From Planctomycetota bacterium (GTDB lineage Bacteria > Planctomycetota > PLA2 > JAEUHO01), in the NCBI GenBank assembly GCA_050248855.1, contig JBFWRP010000003.1, forward strand, positions 1 through 64,000: a DNA stretch of 64,000 nt, in the 5' to 3' direction. Position numbers and translations under genes: made by a program. Positions 9,901-18,834 of this stretch are shown here, in pieces; the first letter of the stretch is position 1; each line of letters starts with the position of its first letter. The notes under the pieces were generated by a model that worked only from the letters and a program-made list of their open reading frames with translations, was not told the origin of the DNA and did no database searches.

Positions 9901-10746
9901 TGGGTGCGCCTGCCTGACGCACCGGTGACGCTGGTCGTGGAGCGGCACCAGACCCTCGCGCTCCGCGTCGTGGACGAATCGGGTGAACCGCTCCATCGGG
10001 CCACGGTCACGGTGTCGGGCTGGTTCCTGGATCAGCCGCTGGGCCAGGATCTCCGCGGGCAGACGGGGGACGACGGCCGCGTAGCCTTGCGTCCCCTCCG
10101 CCGAGGCGCCTACAGCGTCTCGATCCAGCTTCCGCAGCGCGTCATGTGGTCACGCACGCCGCTGCCCACGGTGCTGCGCGTGGACCTGCCGCACGAGTCC
10201 TTGGACGTGGTCGTGCACGTCCCTCCCCCCGACGTGATTCGCGTGGAGGGGGCGCCCGGTGCCGGGGCCCTGCAGTCCGCGACGTTGCACGTGCTGGACC
10301 CCGGGCAGGCCACCGCCTCGGCCACGCACTCGTTGCGCCTCTCCGCCAACCGCATGTCCGCAGCAGCCGCGGTGGGACCGGACAACGGCGCGCTCCTCGT
10401 GCGGTTTGCGACGGGTGCCGTGGCCTGGCTGCCGGCGGCAGGGGCGCGCGAGGCTCCGTGGGTTGCCGTACCCGAAGAAGGGCACCACGTGGAGGTCGAA
10501 GTCGAGGGCGCCGACGTGAACCTGCTCGCCCGGGTCCGCTCGGGCTTGCACGTCGAGCTCGTGCGGGGCGGCTTCGTGCAGCGGTTGGCCCTCGACGGCA
10601 ACACCAGCCGCCTGCCGGCGCTGCCCGCGGGGACCTACGAGGTCAGGCTGGTCGGGGACCTGCAGCGCATGCGCGGCACCTGGGAGGTCCCCTCCGAGGT
10701 CACGCTGCCCAGCGACCCCATCGTGGTGCGTTACCTGCCGCCGTAG
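6928..10746 (+). CDS. Large exported carboxypeptidase regulatory-like repeat protein
   Basis: Signal peptide after GGGGGAG; many GRVVD..G.P(V/L).G...TD..GRF repeats; start may be 6922. Confidence 0.75.
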   Translation: MRLIHVLVVGVAVALLFAPTLLADDGQDAAGSADVRGVVVDGDARPVADVEVLIECVPPYVPPRIPSRMSVMEQSTPRPVIGRGRTDEEGRFQATVGTTDCLVLRVEGPDWVGQGTRRPRDSSDVSITVYPARRLDVEVRGASDEPMQASFSEWSVGPAGTSPFGSVFASPRLTDEHGRLSVFVPRAERAHVSVLVPHALLATSEVDLPPEGTLLVLRPLAGPGLVRARVVGHRREAVAGATVMLVVSPWPPDAESSGLPSWLYGQGLVRAATTDEDGWATLDGLPRGTVATVHAFARGHPPGSVQARVPLLDDEPFELEVALPQGHDIAGHVRTLEGKPVAGVDVLAGTDPSSGLGSTTTDADGAFRIPALAAGGYRLRVTHPGSHAVLEEAVQPEHPMGQPAAGQSPAVPFFHVEVPARGAESLEITLRPAAELRVHVTDTDGKPVHVERAGLSGRPQRPGGPFVLLGQSPRDGVPWYEPDITPGLVVFKGLPEQWTFSGSVSVAGHSEELIHAVELGRGTTSVDVHLTVSPRQAVTGRVVDASGRALAGIAVGADYGGTATSDADGRFRIEMQGKHVKRVFVMADVHRERAAHIDLERDVAPEVELVVAEPLRPLSVVVRRADGTPASDLEVRWWVQVPAGSSWDSTRTDARGEARFPHVPAKVDTLFVANAQYQVPPGDLPDVLVVPPEVIETALRVPDHKASLVAFGRVRLPDGRPLPRGWVQLVGGRTRTDRAPVVSGRFALWAWGVVPFIDARLRVTEATDIEGQPLNVVTEDHDLHMDRRWRPVEVQLRAGRTVRGLVLDEAGRLLPGVEVRVQPIENEAPAVHVRGDDPRPPPTPRAAYGSAVDTTDEEGRFEVVGLRPEWDYELSIAAPRGFASPPKRRLTTSLGRAGTEVVVEDLRITLLRWRPLRGRVVDDAGDPVVGATVRLASPRGEPVMPNESQATRTTREDGSFEFASVASDKQLRISVLEARSGSEGTFPSDVDWVRLPDAPVTLVVERHQTLALRVVDESGEPLHRATVTVSGWFLDQPLGQDLRGQTGDDGRVALRPLRRGAYSVSIQLPQRVMWSRTPLPTVLRVDLPHESLDVVVHVPPPDVIRVEGAPGAGALQSATLHVLDPGQATASATHSLRLSANRMSAAAAVGPDNGALLVRFATGAVAWLPAAGAREAPWVAVPEEGHHVEVEVEGADVNLLARVRSGLHVELVRGGFVQRLALDGNTSRLPALPAGTYEVRLVGDLQRMRGTWEVPSEVTLPSDPIVVRYLPP

Positions 10747-11552
10747 TCCGTGGTGTTCGGGGCTACCGGCTCGAGCACGAGGCGTACGTCGGAGCGGAAC
10801 AGCTCGTTGCCGTCCTTGCCCAGCTCGAGGCGCCTGCGGCGGCGGCGCGAGCGGTCGCCGTCGAGCTCGTCGAGCGACAGCGTTGCAGCGCGGTAGCCAT
10901 CGCGCTCCACCGACAGCGTCCTGGATCCGCGCCTCCCCCTCTCCGCCACGGCGATCCCCAAGAGCGTGTACGTCGTGCGGGATGAGCGGGCTGCGCCCCA
11001 CGGCTGCTCGATGACGAGCTGCCCATCCGCATTCGTCAGCGGCGCGTCGGCCAGTACGTACATTCCCAGGCCCAAGTCGCTCGGTGTTGCAGGTGGCACA
11101 CCGTCGCGCCCCGCCTCGAGCAGGCGGACCCGCGCACCCGCTACGGGTTGACCGACCGCATCAACGACGGTCAGTACGTAGCGCGACGCCTCCAGCATGT
11201 AGTCGCCATGCCGTGTCCCGGGCAGGAGAAGCATGAACATCGCGAACCCGGCGAGCGCGCCACCAGGGAGCAAGGGCCACCAGCGTGAAGCGAGCCCCGG
11301 CGATGGCGAGGGCGCCGATGTCTGGACGCGTCCGGCCAGTGCAGCCAACCAGCTCGCCATGGTCGACGAGGCCAGGTAGACGAGGGGATACAGGATCCAC
11401 CAACCGGGGTGGATGCCATCGCTCCGGGAGACCTGCAGGTACTCCGCCGCGAGCAGTGCCGCTGTAACGAGGGGGCCGACGTCGAGGAACCCGCGACGCA
11501 GGGCACGAGGGCGGGAGGCGGTCGAATCGGGCGTGACGGGTACGGCTTCCAC
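10731..11552 (-). CDS. Membrane protein with one CarboxypepD_reg-like domain
   Basis: Three hydrophobic segments, then TVVDAVGQPVAGARV...TNADG; start uncertain; 3' end overlaps the convergent gene by 16 nt. Confidence 0.55.
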   Translation of the reverse strand: MEAVPVTPDSTASRPRALRRGFLDVGPLVTAALLAAEYLQVSRSDGIHPGWWILYPLVYLASSTMASWLAALAGRVQTSAPSPSPGLASRWWPLLPGGALAGFAMFMLLLPGTRHGDYMLEASRYVLTVVDAVGQPVAGARVRLLEAGRDGVPPATPSDLGLGMYVLADAPLTNADGQLVIEQPWGAARSSRTTYTLLGIAVAERGRRGSRTLSVERDGYRAATLSLDELDGDRSRRRRRRLELGKDGNELFRSDVRLVLEPVAPNTTDYGGR

Positions 11553-11581
11553 GACGGCTGCCGCATGCTCGCACCCGAACA

Positions 11582-11897
11582 GCCGGCGGGATACCGCCGC
11601 CCCCCCTGGGGGCGCCCGCCGGACCTCGGGGGCAACCGCCCGGCGGCATGCCGCCGCCCCGCCGCGGGCCTTTCGCCACTGGCGGCGGAACACCGCCGCC
11701 CCCCCTGGGGGTGCCTGCCGGACGTCGCCGGTACCGGCCCGGCGGCATGCCGCCGCCATGCCGTGGGCTTCTCGACTCGGGCGGCGGGATACCGCCGCCC
11801 CGCTAGGGGTGCCCGCCGGACCTCGTCGGTACCCGCCCGGCGGCATGCCGCCGCCCCGCCGTGGGCCTTTCGACCCTGGCGGCGGGATACCGCCGCC
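11582..11897. repeat. Tandem array of ~99-bp palindromic units (three units plus a partial)
   Basis: GGCGGCGG-N4-CCGCCGCC at ~11582, 11681, 11780, 11878; CGGCGGCATGCCGCCG at 11641, 11740, 11838. Confidence 0.9.
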
Positions 11898-11939
11898 TGC
11901 CGGTGGCCCTCCCTCCCGAGCGGCGAGCGGTCGCAGCTC

Positions 11940-13577
11940 CTAGCGGGGCGCCTCGAAGGTCTGGTCGACGTCGTCTGTTCCTACCCGCACGGTCTCTTCC
12001 CACGTGCCGGTCCAGCCATCGTTCAGCGACAGCCGGTAGGTGCCGGGCGCGAGGAAGCCCACCCAGTGCGGGGCCTCGGGGTTGGTGGCCGCCATGCGCT
12101 GCCCCCCCTCGTCGTAGACCTCGACGCGGGCCCAACGCTCGTCGCGCCCCTCGGGGGGCTTGGCGCGGAGCGTCACGCGGGTGTGCACGCGAACGTCGTC
12201 CAGGATCACGTCCGCCTGTCCGGGCAGCACATCCACCTCCGCTGGGTGGGGCGCATCCAAGCGGCCAAGGCGCAGACCGTGTTCGGTGCGTGCCTGCTCG
12301 ACGAAGATCCGCACGCGACCCAGCGGGAGGTTCTCGAACACCGCAGCCCGCTCGGGCACAAGCCCGCGTGCCTCGCGACGCGGCATGCGAAGACCCGTCT
12401 CCAGATGCTCGGCGAAGATCGGGTCACCGGTCGCGAGCTCGAGCACGTTGCCGGCCGGACCCTTGAGCACGGCGCGGACCGAGCCGCCAGCGGCAAGATC
12501 GACGCGCACGCGCTGCGTCGGACTGGCCTGCGTCAGCTCGACTCGATGTGTCCACTGCGCTGCGCCCTGCGCCACGACGGACAGCTCGACGGCGCCGAAG
12601 GGAAGGTCGAGGAACGTGACGCGACCGTTGTCGTCGACCGCCAAGCTTGCCAACCCCTCGGCAGCCAACCCGATGACGCGCGCGAAGGCACGTGCCTCGG
12701 CCAACGCGGTGCCGTGGGGTGCGTGGACCTCCAGCTCGATGGCGGTGGGTGGCACTTCGAGGTTGCGCTCGACGACCGCCGGATCCCCATCCACATCGAG
12801 CTCGCCGCCTGCGAGCCACGGCCCGCGACCGCCGGGCTGCCACCACGTGTGGCCGCGGCCGGCGAGCTGCGCATCGGCGGGCGCACCGGCGACCTGCAGC
12901 CGGTAGGCTCCGCGGCGGAGCAGGAGCTGGTAGCGTCCGGCCTCGTCCGTGTTGGCGAGCGCCCAGACGACCGTGCCTTCGCTGTCGCGGCCGCGCGCCA
13001 CGACGGCCCGTCCAGGAACGGCCGCGCCTGCTCGACGCACGGTGCCATGCACGTACGTCGTGCTGGAGGGACTCTCGAGCACGACGGACGCTTCTGAGTC
13101 CTCACCAAGCAACGCGTCTTCGCGGAGGGTTGCCTCCACAAGCTGGGCTTGGCATGTGACGGGCCCTGCTGGCAGCCCCACGAAGCGGACCCGGCCCTGC
13201 GCATCGGTCGGGCCGGACAGCAGCACGCCACGCGCTTGGATGCTCGTGTCCAGCAGACCTACGACGACGTTGGGTAGCGGCGTGCCGTCGCGCATGCGCA
13301 CGCGAACGGTCAAGGCGCAGCCCGCGCCCCGGGACGAGCCGGGGTAGCGGACGACGCTACGTTCCTCCGTCGGTTCGGTCGCCGGCTCGGGGAGAGGAGG
13401 CCCACGCAGCGCCGGCCGCCCTGTCAGGGGTGCGTCGCTCCCGCTCGCGTCCTGGGCCGAGCCCACCGACGGCGCCACGGCGCGCGGCGTCACCGCTCCA
13501 TCGTCCCCCCCGAGCCACGCGAGCAGCGCCAGCGCGCCGAGCAGCAGGACGAGCAGCAGGAGGGGGGCTCGCCTCAC
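11940..13577 (-). CDS. Membrane-anchored carboxypeptidase regulatory-like repeat protein
   Basis: GTG start VRRAPLLLLVLLLGALALLAW; TDAQGRVRFVGLPAG and TDEAGRY motifs. Confidence 0.7.
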   Translation of the reverse strand: MRRAPLLLLVLLLGALALLAWLGGDDGAVTPRAVAPSVGSAQDASGSDAPLTGRPALRGPPLPEPATEPTEERSVVRYPGSSRGAGCALTVRVRMRDGTPLPNVVVGLLDTSIQARGVLLSGPTDAQGRVRFVGLPAGPVTCQAQLVEATLREDALLGEDSEASVVLESPSSTTYVHGTVRRAGAAVPGRAVVARGRDSEGTVVWALANTDEAGRYQLLLRRGAYRLQVAGAPADAQLAGRGHTWWQPGGRGPWLAGGELDVDGDPAVVERNLEVPPTAIELEVHAPHGTALAEARAFARVIGLAAEGLASLAVDDNGRVTFLDLPFGAVELSVVAQGAAQWTHRVELTQASPTQRVRVDLAAGGSVRAVLKGPAGNVLELATGDPIFAEHLETGLRMPRREARGLVPERAAVFENLPLGRVRIFVEQARTEHGLRLGRLDAPHPAEVDVLPGQADVILDDVRVHTRVTLRAKPPEGRDERWARVEVYDEGGQRMAATNPEAPHWVGFLAPGTYRLSLNDGWTGTWEETVRVGTDDVDQTFEAPR

Positions 13578-13729
13578 CGCGAGATCGTACGGAAGGCTCG
13601 CGGCCGGTGCGTGGCGACGGGCCGTGCGCCCCCTCCATGAGGCCTGACGCCCCCCAAGGAAGACTCGAGGTGCCCGCGCGCCGGCCCCGGCCCCCCGGAG
13701 GTCTAGACTCGGCGGCTTGGAGGTGCCCC

Positions 13730-14854
13730 ATGTTCGACACGCTGCGCGCCACGTTGGCCGAGGGAATCGGCAGAGACGTGCTCGACACGGTCCAGCAGGC
13801 GTGCGAGGCGCAGGGGGGCACCTACCGGGTGCAGCATGCCGTCCCCACCGACGACGGCTTCGTGCTGACCATGTGGGACTCGAAGCGGTTGCAAGCCGTG
13901 CAAAGGGGCGATGTCGTGCATGGCGGCTTCGCCATCGCTCACGAGCGGGGCGGCGAGACGTGGGGTGAGCTGCGTCCCATGCGCTTGGTCTGCCTGAACG
14001 GCGCGACGCGGATCTGCACCGAATCCTCGGCCATGAGGTTCGCATCCCAGTCGCCGCCAGGGACATGGCAGACCGACGTCACGGAGCTCGTCCGCACCGC
14101 GAGTGACCAGAGGCGGCTTGATTCCCAGGCTGCGGTAATGAGGAGCGCCATCGACGTGGCGCTCTGGCAGCAGACCCGGCCGGAGGACCGCCTTCGTTCA
14201 GAAGAGCTGACTCGCGTGCGGCATGCGCGGCTGCTGGGTGCTCTCCCACGGGAGGTTCTCACGCACTTGCTGACTCCCGGGCCGAACGCGCGGGAGCTTC
14301 CCGAGGGCGCTCGCAGGCTCGTGGAAGCGCAGCGCGAGCGCGCCGCCGCGTCGCGCGCGGCGCGCATGGCTTCCGAGGCGGCTGCACTTCGGTACCGCCC
14401 GGAGGCGGACGCCCCTGCCTCTGCCGCCACCGCTCCGGGCAGCGCCGCGCGGCCCGAGCCTCGGCGCTCCACGTCCCCTGAGGCGGAAGCGTACGTGTGG
14501 CCGAAGTACGTCCTGAAGCGCGCGCCGCATTCCGCCGTGGACCAGCTCCTTGCGCAGCGCCTGCTGCGTCCCGCCGAGCACGAGGCCGTGCGCTTCGAGT
14601 ACGAGCGCGCCGGCGAGCGCACGGCGTACGGGCTGGGCAACGCGATCACGTGGACCGCACATGCTGCTTGGCGGCGAGGCGATGCTCACCGGGCCCTCGA
14701 GCTCGAGCGTCTCGGTGGCGAGGTGATGGCCCTGCGCCACATATCGAGCTGGATCGAGCGGCGGTCCGTGCCGCGCGAGCCCGTGTCGCGTGGCCCCGCG
14801 GCGCCGTCAGTCCGCGACCAGGCAGTCCGCGACCAGGCAGTGCGGACCTCCTAG
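13730..14854 (+). CDS. DUF932-like (phage/plasmid-associated) protein
   Basis: ATG after GGAGGT; GDVVHGGFAI...P.RLVCLNG and C-terminal TAYGLGNAIT..AH...ELERLGG. Confidence 0.6.
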   Translation: MFDTLRATLAEGIGRDVLDTVQQACEAQGGTYRVQHAVPTDDGFVLTMWDSKRLQAVQRGDVVHGGFAIAHERGGETWGELRPMRLVCLNGATRICTESSAMRFASQSPPGTWQTDVTELVRTASDQRRLDSQAAVMRSAIDVALWQQTRPEDRLRSEELTRVRHARLLGALPREVLTHLLTPGPNARELPEGARRLVEAQRERAAASRAARMASEAAALRYRPEADAPASAATAPGSAARPEPRRSTSPEAEAYVWPKYVLKRAPHSAVDQLLAQRLLRPAEHEAVRFEYERAGERTAYGLGNAITWTAHAAWRRGDAHRALELERLGGEVMALRHISSWIERRSVPREPVSRGPAAPSVRDQAVRDQAVRTS

Positions 14855-14892
14855 CGAACATGAGGCGTGCCGCTCCTGCGGCACGCGCTACG

Positions 14893-15678
14893 TCACGGCT
14901 TGTCCGTGATCCACTCGCGTAGCTCGTGGGCGCCCGGCTCGCGGCCGACGAGGTGGCTGCCGGTGGAGCGCTTCGTGCCGTGAATGCTGCGGTCGGCGTA
15001 GCTCCACTCGCTCGTGATGATCTGCGAGTCGGTGTCGTACTGGTTGCGCACGAACAGCGTCACAGCCATGCGCGGGATCACGTAGACCCGGACGTGGGCG
15101 ATCCACGTGGCCGATGCGTCCACGAGGTAACCGCCTCGTCCGCCTCCACTTGCATGGCGCCTCTCATGGTCGACATGGATCACGTTGGGAGGAGCGCCGG
15201 GCTCCGACGTGACGTGCGGATCGGCGCGTGCTGCAGGCGGCCTCCGGGCGGGGATCGCATTACCTGGGGGATCGGATGCCCAGACGGCTTGGACGCCGTC
15301 GAAGCCGGCCCGGTCCAGGGCACCGGCTTGGCGATCGGCCAAGTCGAGCAGCACGCGGACCGCTCCCCCACGGTGAGGGTCCAGCGGAACTTGGCTGACA
15401 TCGTGGCGGCGGCGCATCACTTCGAGCCAATCCGTGGTGTCGCCGCTGATCGCACCCTCCGCCAGGGTATCGGCCGGGTACGTGTCCAGGAGACGCGCCG
15501 CCGGCAGCGTGAGCTGTGCAGCCTCGAGCACGCCTGCCCGTCGCGCGTATGTCGCCTCGGCTGCCGGATGACCGCCCGACGACGGTTCGACGGAGGACAG
15601 CAGCGCGTAGCCCAGCACGCCGAGCGCCAGGGCGCCTGGCAGGAGCAGCCGGACGTTGACGCCACCCCGTTCGTTCAT
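14893..15678 (-). CDS. Hypothetical membrane-anchored protein
   Basis: ATG after GGAGGT; N-terminal hydrophobic anchor; no recognised motif. Confidence 0.55.
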   Translation of the reverse strand: MNERGGVNVRLLLPGALALGVLGYALLSSVEPSSGGHPAAEATYARRAGVLEAAQLTLPAARLLDTYPADTLAEGAISGDTTDWLEVMRRRHDVSQVPLDPHRGGAVRVLLDLADRQAGALDRAGFDGVQAVWASDPPGNAIPARRPPAARADPHVTSEPGAPPNVIHVDHERRHASGGGRGGYLVDASATWIAHVRVYVIPRMAVTLFVRNQYDTDSQIITSEWSYADRSIHGTKRSTGSHLVGREPGAHELREWITDKP

Positions 15679-15759
15679 GTCGCACCTCCTCGTCGGCCCG
15701 CCAGCGTACCCAGCGGGCCGAGGCCGCGACGGAACTCGGTATCGCGTCGAACCGGTACC

Positions 15760-16269
15760 TTACGGCACGCGCTTCAAGTCGAACGTCTCGACCTTGTTCG
15801 ACGAGCCGTGCGGGTCGTCCAGCGTGATGACGAGGCGGTCGTCGGCGACGCGGTGGTAGACGAGGCGCGTGGGGAAGTCGTTCTTCGGGTTCTCGAAGGT
15901 GGCCTTCTTGTCGCCCACGCTCGCGGCCGTCAGCTGGAACGATGCCGCCGGCTTGCCGCCGGGGTGGGGGCGGAGGACCAGCTTGTCGCCGTCCAGCTCG
16001 AACAGCTCGAACTCGTGGAAGGCCGTCTTGCCCTCCTTCTCGAGCTTGCTGTAGCTCAGGATCTTGCCGCCTTCGGGCGTGCTGTAGTACGCCGTGAACG
16101 TGCCGCCCCAGAGGGCCCCGGACCACGTTCCGCCGAGCCATGTCATGGCGGCGAGCGTGGCTTTGCCGTCCGGGGCCGACGCCGGGGCGTCCTTGGGCGA
16201 GGCAAGGCGGGGGGCCACGCCCACGAGGGCGGCGGCCAGCAAGACGGTCACGACGAGTCGCGGGGCCAT
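15760..16269 (-). CDS. DUF6265-like exported protein
   Basis: Signal peptide; WLGGTWSG, FENPKNDFPTRLVY. Confidence 0.75.
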   Translation of the reverse strand: MAPRLVVTVLLAAALVGVAPRLASPKDAPASAPDGKATLAAMTWLGGTWSGALWGGTFTAYYSTPEGGKILSYSKLEKEGKTAFHEFELFELDGDKLVLRPHPGGKPAASFQLTAASVGDKKATFENPKNDFPTRLVYHRVADDRLVITLDDPHGSSNKVETFDLKRVP

Positions 16270-16320
16270 GGCAGGTCTCCTGGTGCAGGTGAGGCGCGCG
16301 ACGGTAGGGGGCCGACGACC

Positions 16321-17151
16321 CTACGGATTGGAAGAATGCGACACGGCCGCGGCGAACGCTTCGTTCAGCGGGTTGCGTTCGGCCAGGAAGCGCCCCGGCG
16401 TCGTGCCGGCAATCTGCCGGAAGTCGCGGATGAGGTGCGACTGGTCGAAGTAGCCCGCATCGACGGCCAGGGACGCCCAGCCACCTGCCGGCACGCCGTG
16501 CTCCAAGCGCGTGACCACCCGCTGGACGCGCGCCACGCGCACGAAGTCACGGGGCGAGAGACCGACCTCGCGGCGAAACGCACGCTCGAGCGTGCGCCGC
16601 GCGACACCCAGTTCCTCGGCCACGCGCTCGACCGTGCGGTCGGCGCGGCCCAGCCGGGCGACGGCCGCCGCCACGAGCCCGGCGTGCGCCCGAGGACGCG
16701 AGCGCGCGCGCTCGTCGAGCAACACCCCCTCGATGGCGTGGGTCCGAGCTTCGAAGGTGTGCGCTGCCGCCGCGGCCTCGAGTCGTCCGTGCAGGTCAGG
16801 GCGTAGATGGCGCAAGGCCACGTCCACGTCCAGGAGCTCGTCCATGGGTGCGCCGAGCAGGCGGGCCAAGCCGCCCGGCTCGAAGCGGATGCCCAGCAGG
16901 TCCACGGCGCCCTCGGGTGCGATCGTGATCGCGCGTCCGAGCTGCCCCACGAGCAGTACGTGGTCCTGGCGGTGGGAGGTCCCGTCCGCTGCGAAGCGCC
17001 GGAACGCCGCCGCTTGGTTGAGCACGATCTCTGCGCACCCGTCGGGGACGACACGTTCGGGCACACCCGGTCGGCCCGGACCGCGCACCTGCCAGAAGCA
17101 GCGGACCAGGCCCGTGAGCTCGAAGCGGGGCGGCTGCTCGCGGTACTCCAC
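16321..17151 (-). CDS. AraC family transcriptional regulator (DUF6597 N-terminus)
   Basis: ERVVPDGCAEIV, RTLERAFRREVGLSP, GYFDQSHLIRDF. Confidence 0.92.
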   Translation of the reverse strand: MEYREQPPRFELTGLVRCFWQVRGPGRPGVPERVVPDGCAEIVLNQAAAFRRFAADGTSHRQDHVLLVGQLGRAITIAPEGAVDLLGIRFEPGGLARLLGAPMDELLDVDVALRHLRPDLHGRLEAAAAAHTFEARTHAIEGVLLDERARSRPRAHAGLVAAAVARLGRADRTVERVAEELGVARRTLERAFRREVGLSPRDFVRVARVQRVVTRLEHGVPAGGWASLAVDAGYFDQSHLIRDFRQIAGTTPGRFLAERNPLNEAFAAAVSHSSNP

Positions 17152-17194
17152 GGCGGGAGTGTAGCGACGGATCAGCGCGCCGGCGGCGCCCCGC

Positions 17195-18316
17195 TCACGG
17201 ACTGCCGTCCGCGCCGGGCGAGGCCCCGCGGTCGCGGTGGGCCTTGCGCCCGCCCCGCGGTACGGACGCTGCGCACATCGACGCCGCGCGCAGACGCGAG
17301 GAGAGGGTCACGGCGCGCTCGACCAAGGCGCGCGTCCCTTCCCTCAGCTCCTCGCTGTTCTCGACGGCGCGGACGTTGTTCTCCATGTCCTCCGCCGACC
17401 AGCCGCGGCTGTGCGCCACGTACGGGAAGGGCGGGAACACGAAGCCCAGCTCCGCGAAGAACCCCAGGGCCGAGCCGGCTACCGCCTGCACGTTGTCCTG
17501 CCCGCCGGTGATGACGAACGCCGCGACCTTGTCGCGGATCAGGACGCGGTTGCGCAGCGTGACCTGGTTCTGCACGCAGTTCAGGCGCTCGATCATCTTC
17601 TGGTAGAGCGAGCTGGCGGCTCCCCAGCGGATGGGCGTGGCCAGCAGGACGATGTCCGCCCAATGGACCAGGGCCTCGTAGACCTGGTCGAGCTGGTCCT
17701 TCTTGTCCATCTGCGTGATCGAGCACGGCCACGTGCAGGCGTGCGCGCTCTTGGAGTAGAAGCCTTCGCAGGCGCGAAAGGACAAGGCCGCGAGATCGAT
17801 CAGCCGCGTTTCGAGCCCAAGGGTCGTGCTCGCATGTTCCAGCGCGTGTTCGAGCAGCAGCTTGGACGTGGAGGTGCGGGGATGCCTGACGTCCATGTTC
17901 GTCGTCGAGATGCCCACCACGCGCGGCGGCCCCTCGTGCCGCTCGGCCTCGCGGGCCAGCGCATGGGGGGGATGGGGGAGGTGTCCACGTTTGCTCGTGG
18001 CCCGGGCGCTCACGAGCACACGGCCGTCCTTCACCTCCACGTCGTAGCGCGGGACGCGATCCTCTTCGTAGCCCGGCTCGCCCTCGCCCGTCTCCCGGTG
18101 GAACTTCCAGTAGTGCCACGGACAGACGATGTAGTCCCCTTCGAGCGTGCCGTGGCCCAAGGGCCCCCCGACGTGGTTGCACGTGCCGGACACGGCGCCG
18201 AACGTGTCACCGCGGCGGGAGACGGCCACGCGCTGGTGCCCGACCTTCACTTCGCGCAGCGCGCCTTCCGCCCAGTCCGTTGCGGCGCCGACATCCACCT
18301 GGTCCGCTTCGCCCAT
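17195..18316 (-). CDS. Rieske [2Fe-2S] domain fused to a flavodoxin-like/NADPH-dependent FMN reductase domain
   Basis: CNHVGGPL...CPWH Rieske ligands; C.G......C.WPC; ATPIRWG, ITGGQDN. Confidence 0.85.
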   Translation of the reverse strand: MGEADQVDVGAATDWAEGALREVKVGHQRVAVSRRGDTFGAVSGTCNHVGGPLGHGTLEGDYIVCPWHYWKFHRETGEGEPGYEEDRVPRYDVEVKDGRVLVSARATSKRGHLPHPPHALAREAERHEGPPRVVGISTTNMDVRHPRTSTSKLLLEHALEHASTTLGLETRLIDLAALSFRACEGFYSKSAHACTWPCSITQMDKKDQLDQVYEALVHWADIVLLATPIRWGAASSLYQKMIERLNCVQNQVTLRNRVLIRDKVAAFVITGGQDNVQAVAGSALGFFAELGFVFPPFPYVAHSRGWSAEDMENNVRAVENSEELREGTRALVERAVTLSSRLRAASMCAASVPRGGRKAHRDRGASPGADGSP

Positions 18317-18374
18317 GGGCTACCTCCGTGCTTCCCAGGTGTACCGCCGGTGCCGGCAGCCCCGGCGCCGTTCG

Positions 18375-18752
18375 TCACGCCGCGCCGCGACGTACCCACA
18401 GGATCGCGGCGGTGACGAGGAGCGCGGCCTCGAGCGCGAAGGCGATGCGCGGGAAACCGGTGATGCCGTCGATGCGCAGGAAGGTGCCGAGGCGCCAGAG
18501 CGCGAGGCCGGCGTAGAGACACAGGCCGAGCAGGAGGCCGGTCTCGCGCCAGGCGGGGACCCAGGCCGCGAGGGCGAAGAAGACGCCCAAGCCCGCCTCC
18601 ATGCCGCCGTAGACGGTGATGTACTCCGAGCGGGCCCCGGGCTTGGCGAAGGCGAAGCCGATCGCCTCCGCGGTTCGGTCGGGGAGGAGCGTGCACCAAG
18701 CGGCAAGGCCCAGGTACATGAGGGCGTTGAACGCGAGCCAGACCGTGATCAT
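18375..18752 (-). CDS. DUF4345-like small membrane protein
   Basis: ATG after GGAGG; four TM segments; SEYITVYGGME.GLG. Confidence 0.7.
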   Translation of the reverse strand: MITVWLAFNALMYLGLAAWCTLLPDRTAEAIGFAFAKPGARSEYITVYGGMEAGLGVFFALAAWVPAWRETGLLLGLCLYAGLALWRLGTFLRIDGITGFPRIAFALEAALLVTAAILWVRRGAA

Positions 18753-18771
18753 GGGAGCCTCCTGGTTCCTT

Positions 18772-18801
18772 TGATTGTATAGGTAAAAACCTGTACGATC
18801 A
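18772..18801. promoter_or_regulatory. AT-rich imperfect inverted repeat, putative operator between divergent genes
   Basis: TGATTGTATAGGT-AAAA-ACCTGTACGATCA, 11 of 13 positions complementary. Confidence 0.6.
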
Positions 18802-18834
18802 TCCAGCTTGACCCGCTCGCGTCCGGAGGCCTCC

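Noticed and set aside
11582..11897. CRISPR array
   Set aside because: The inter-palindrome segments are homologous to each other rather than unique spacers, the period is ~99 nt, and no cas genes are present
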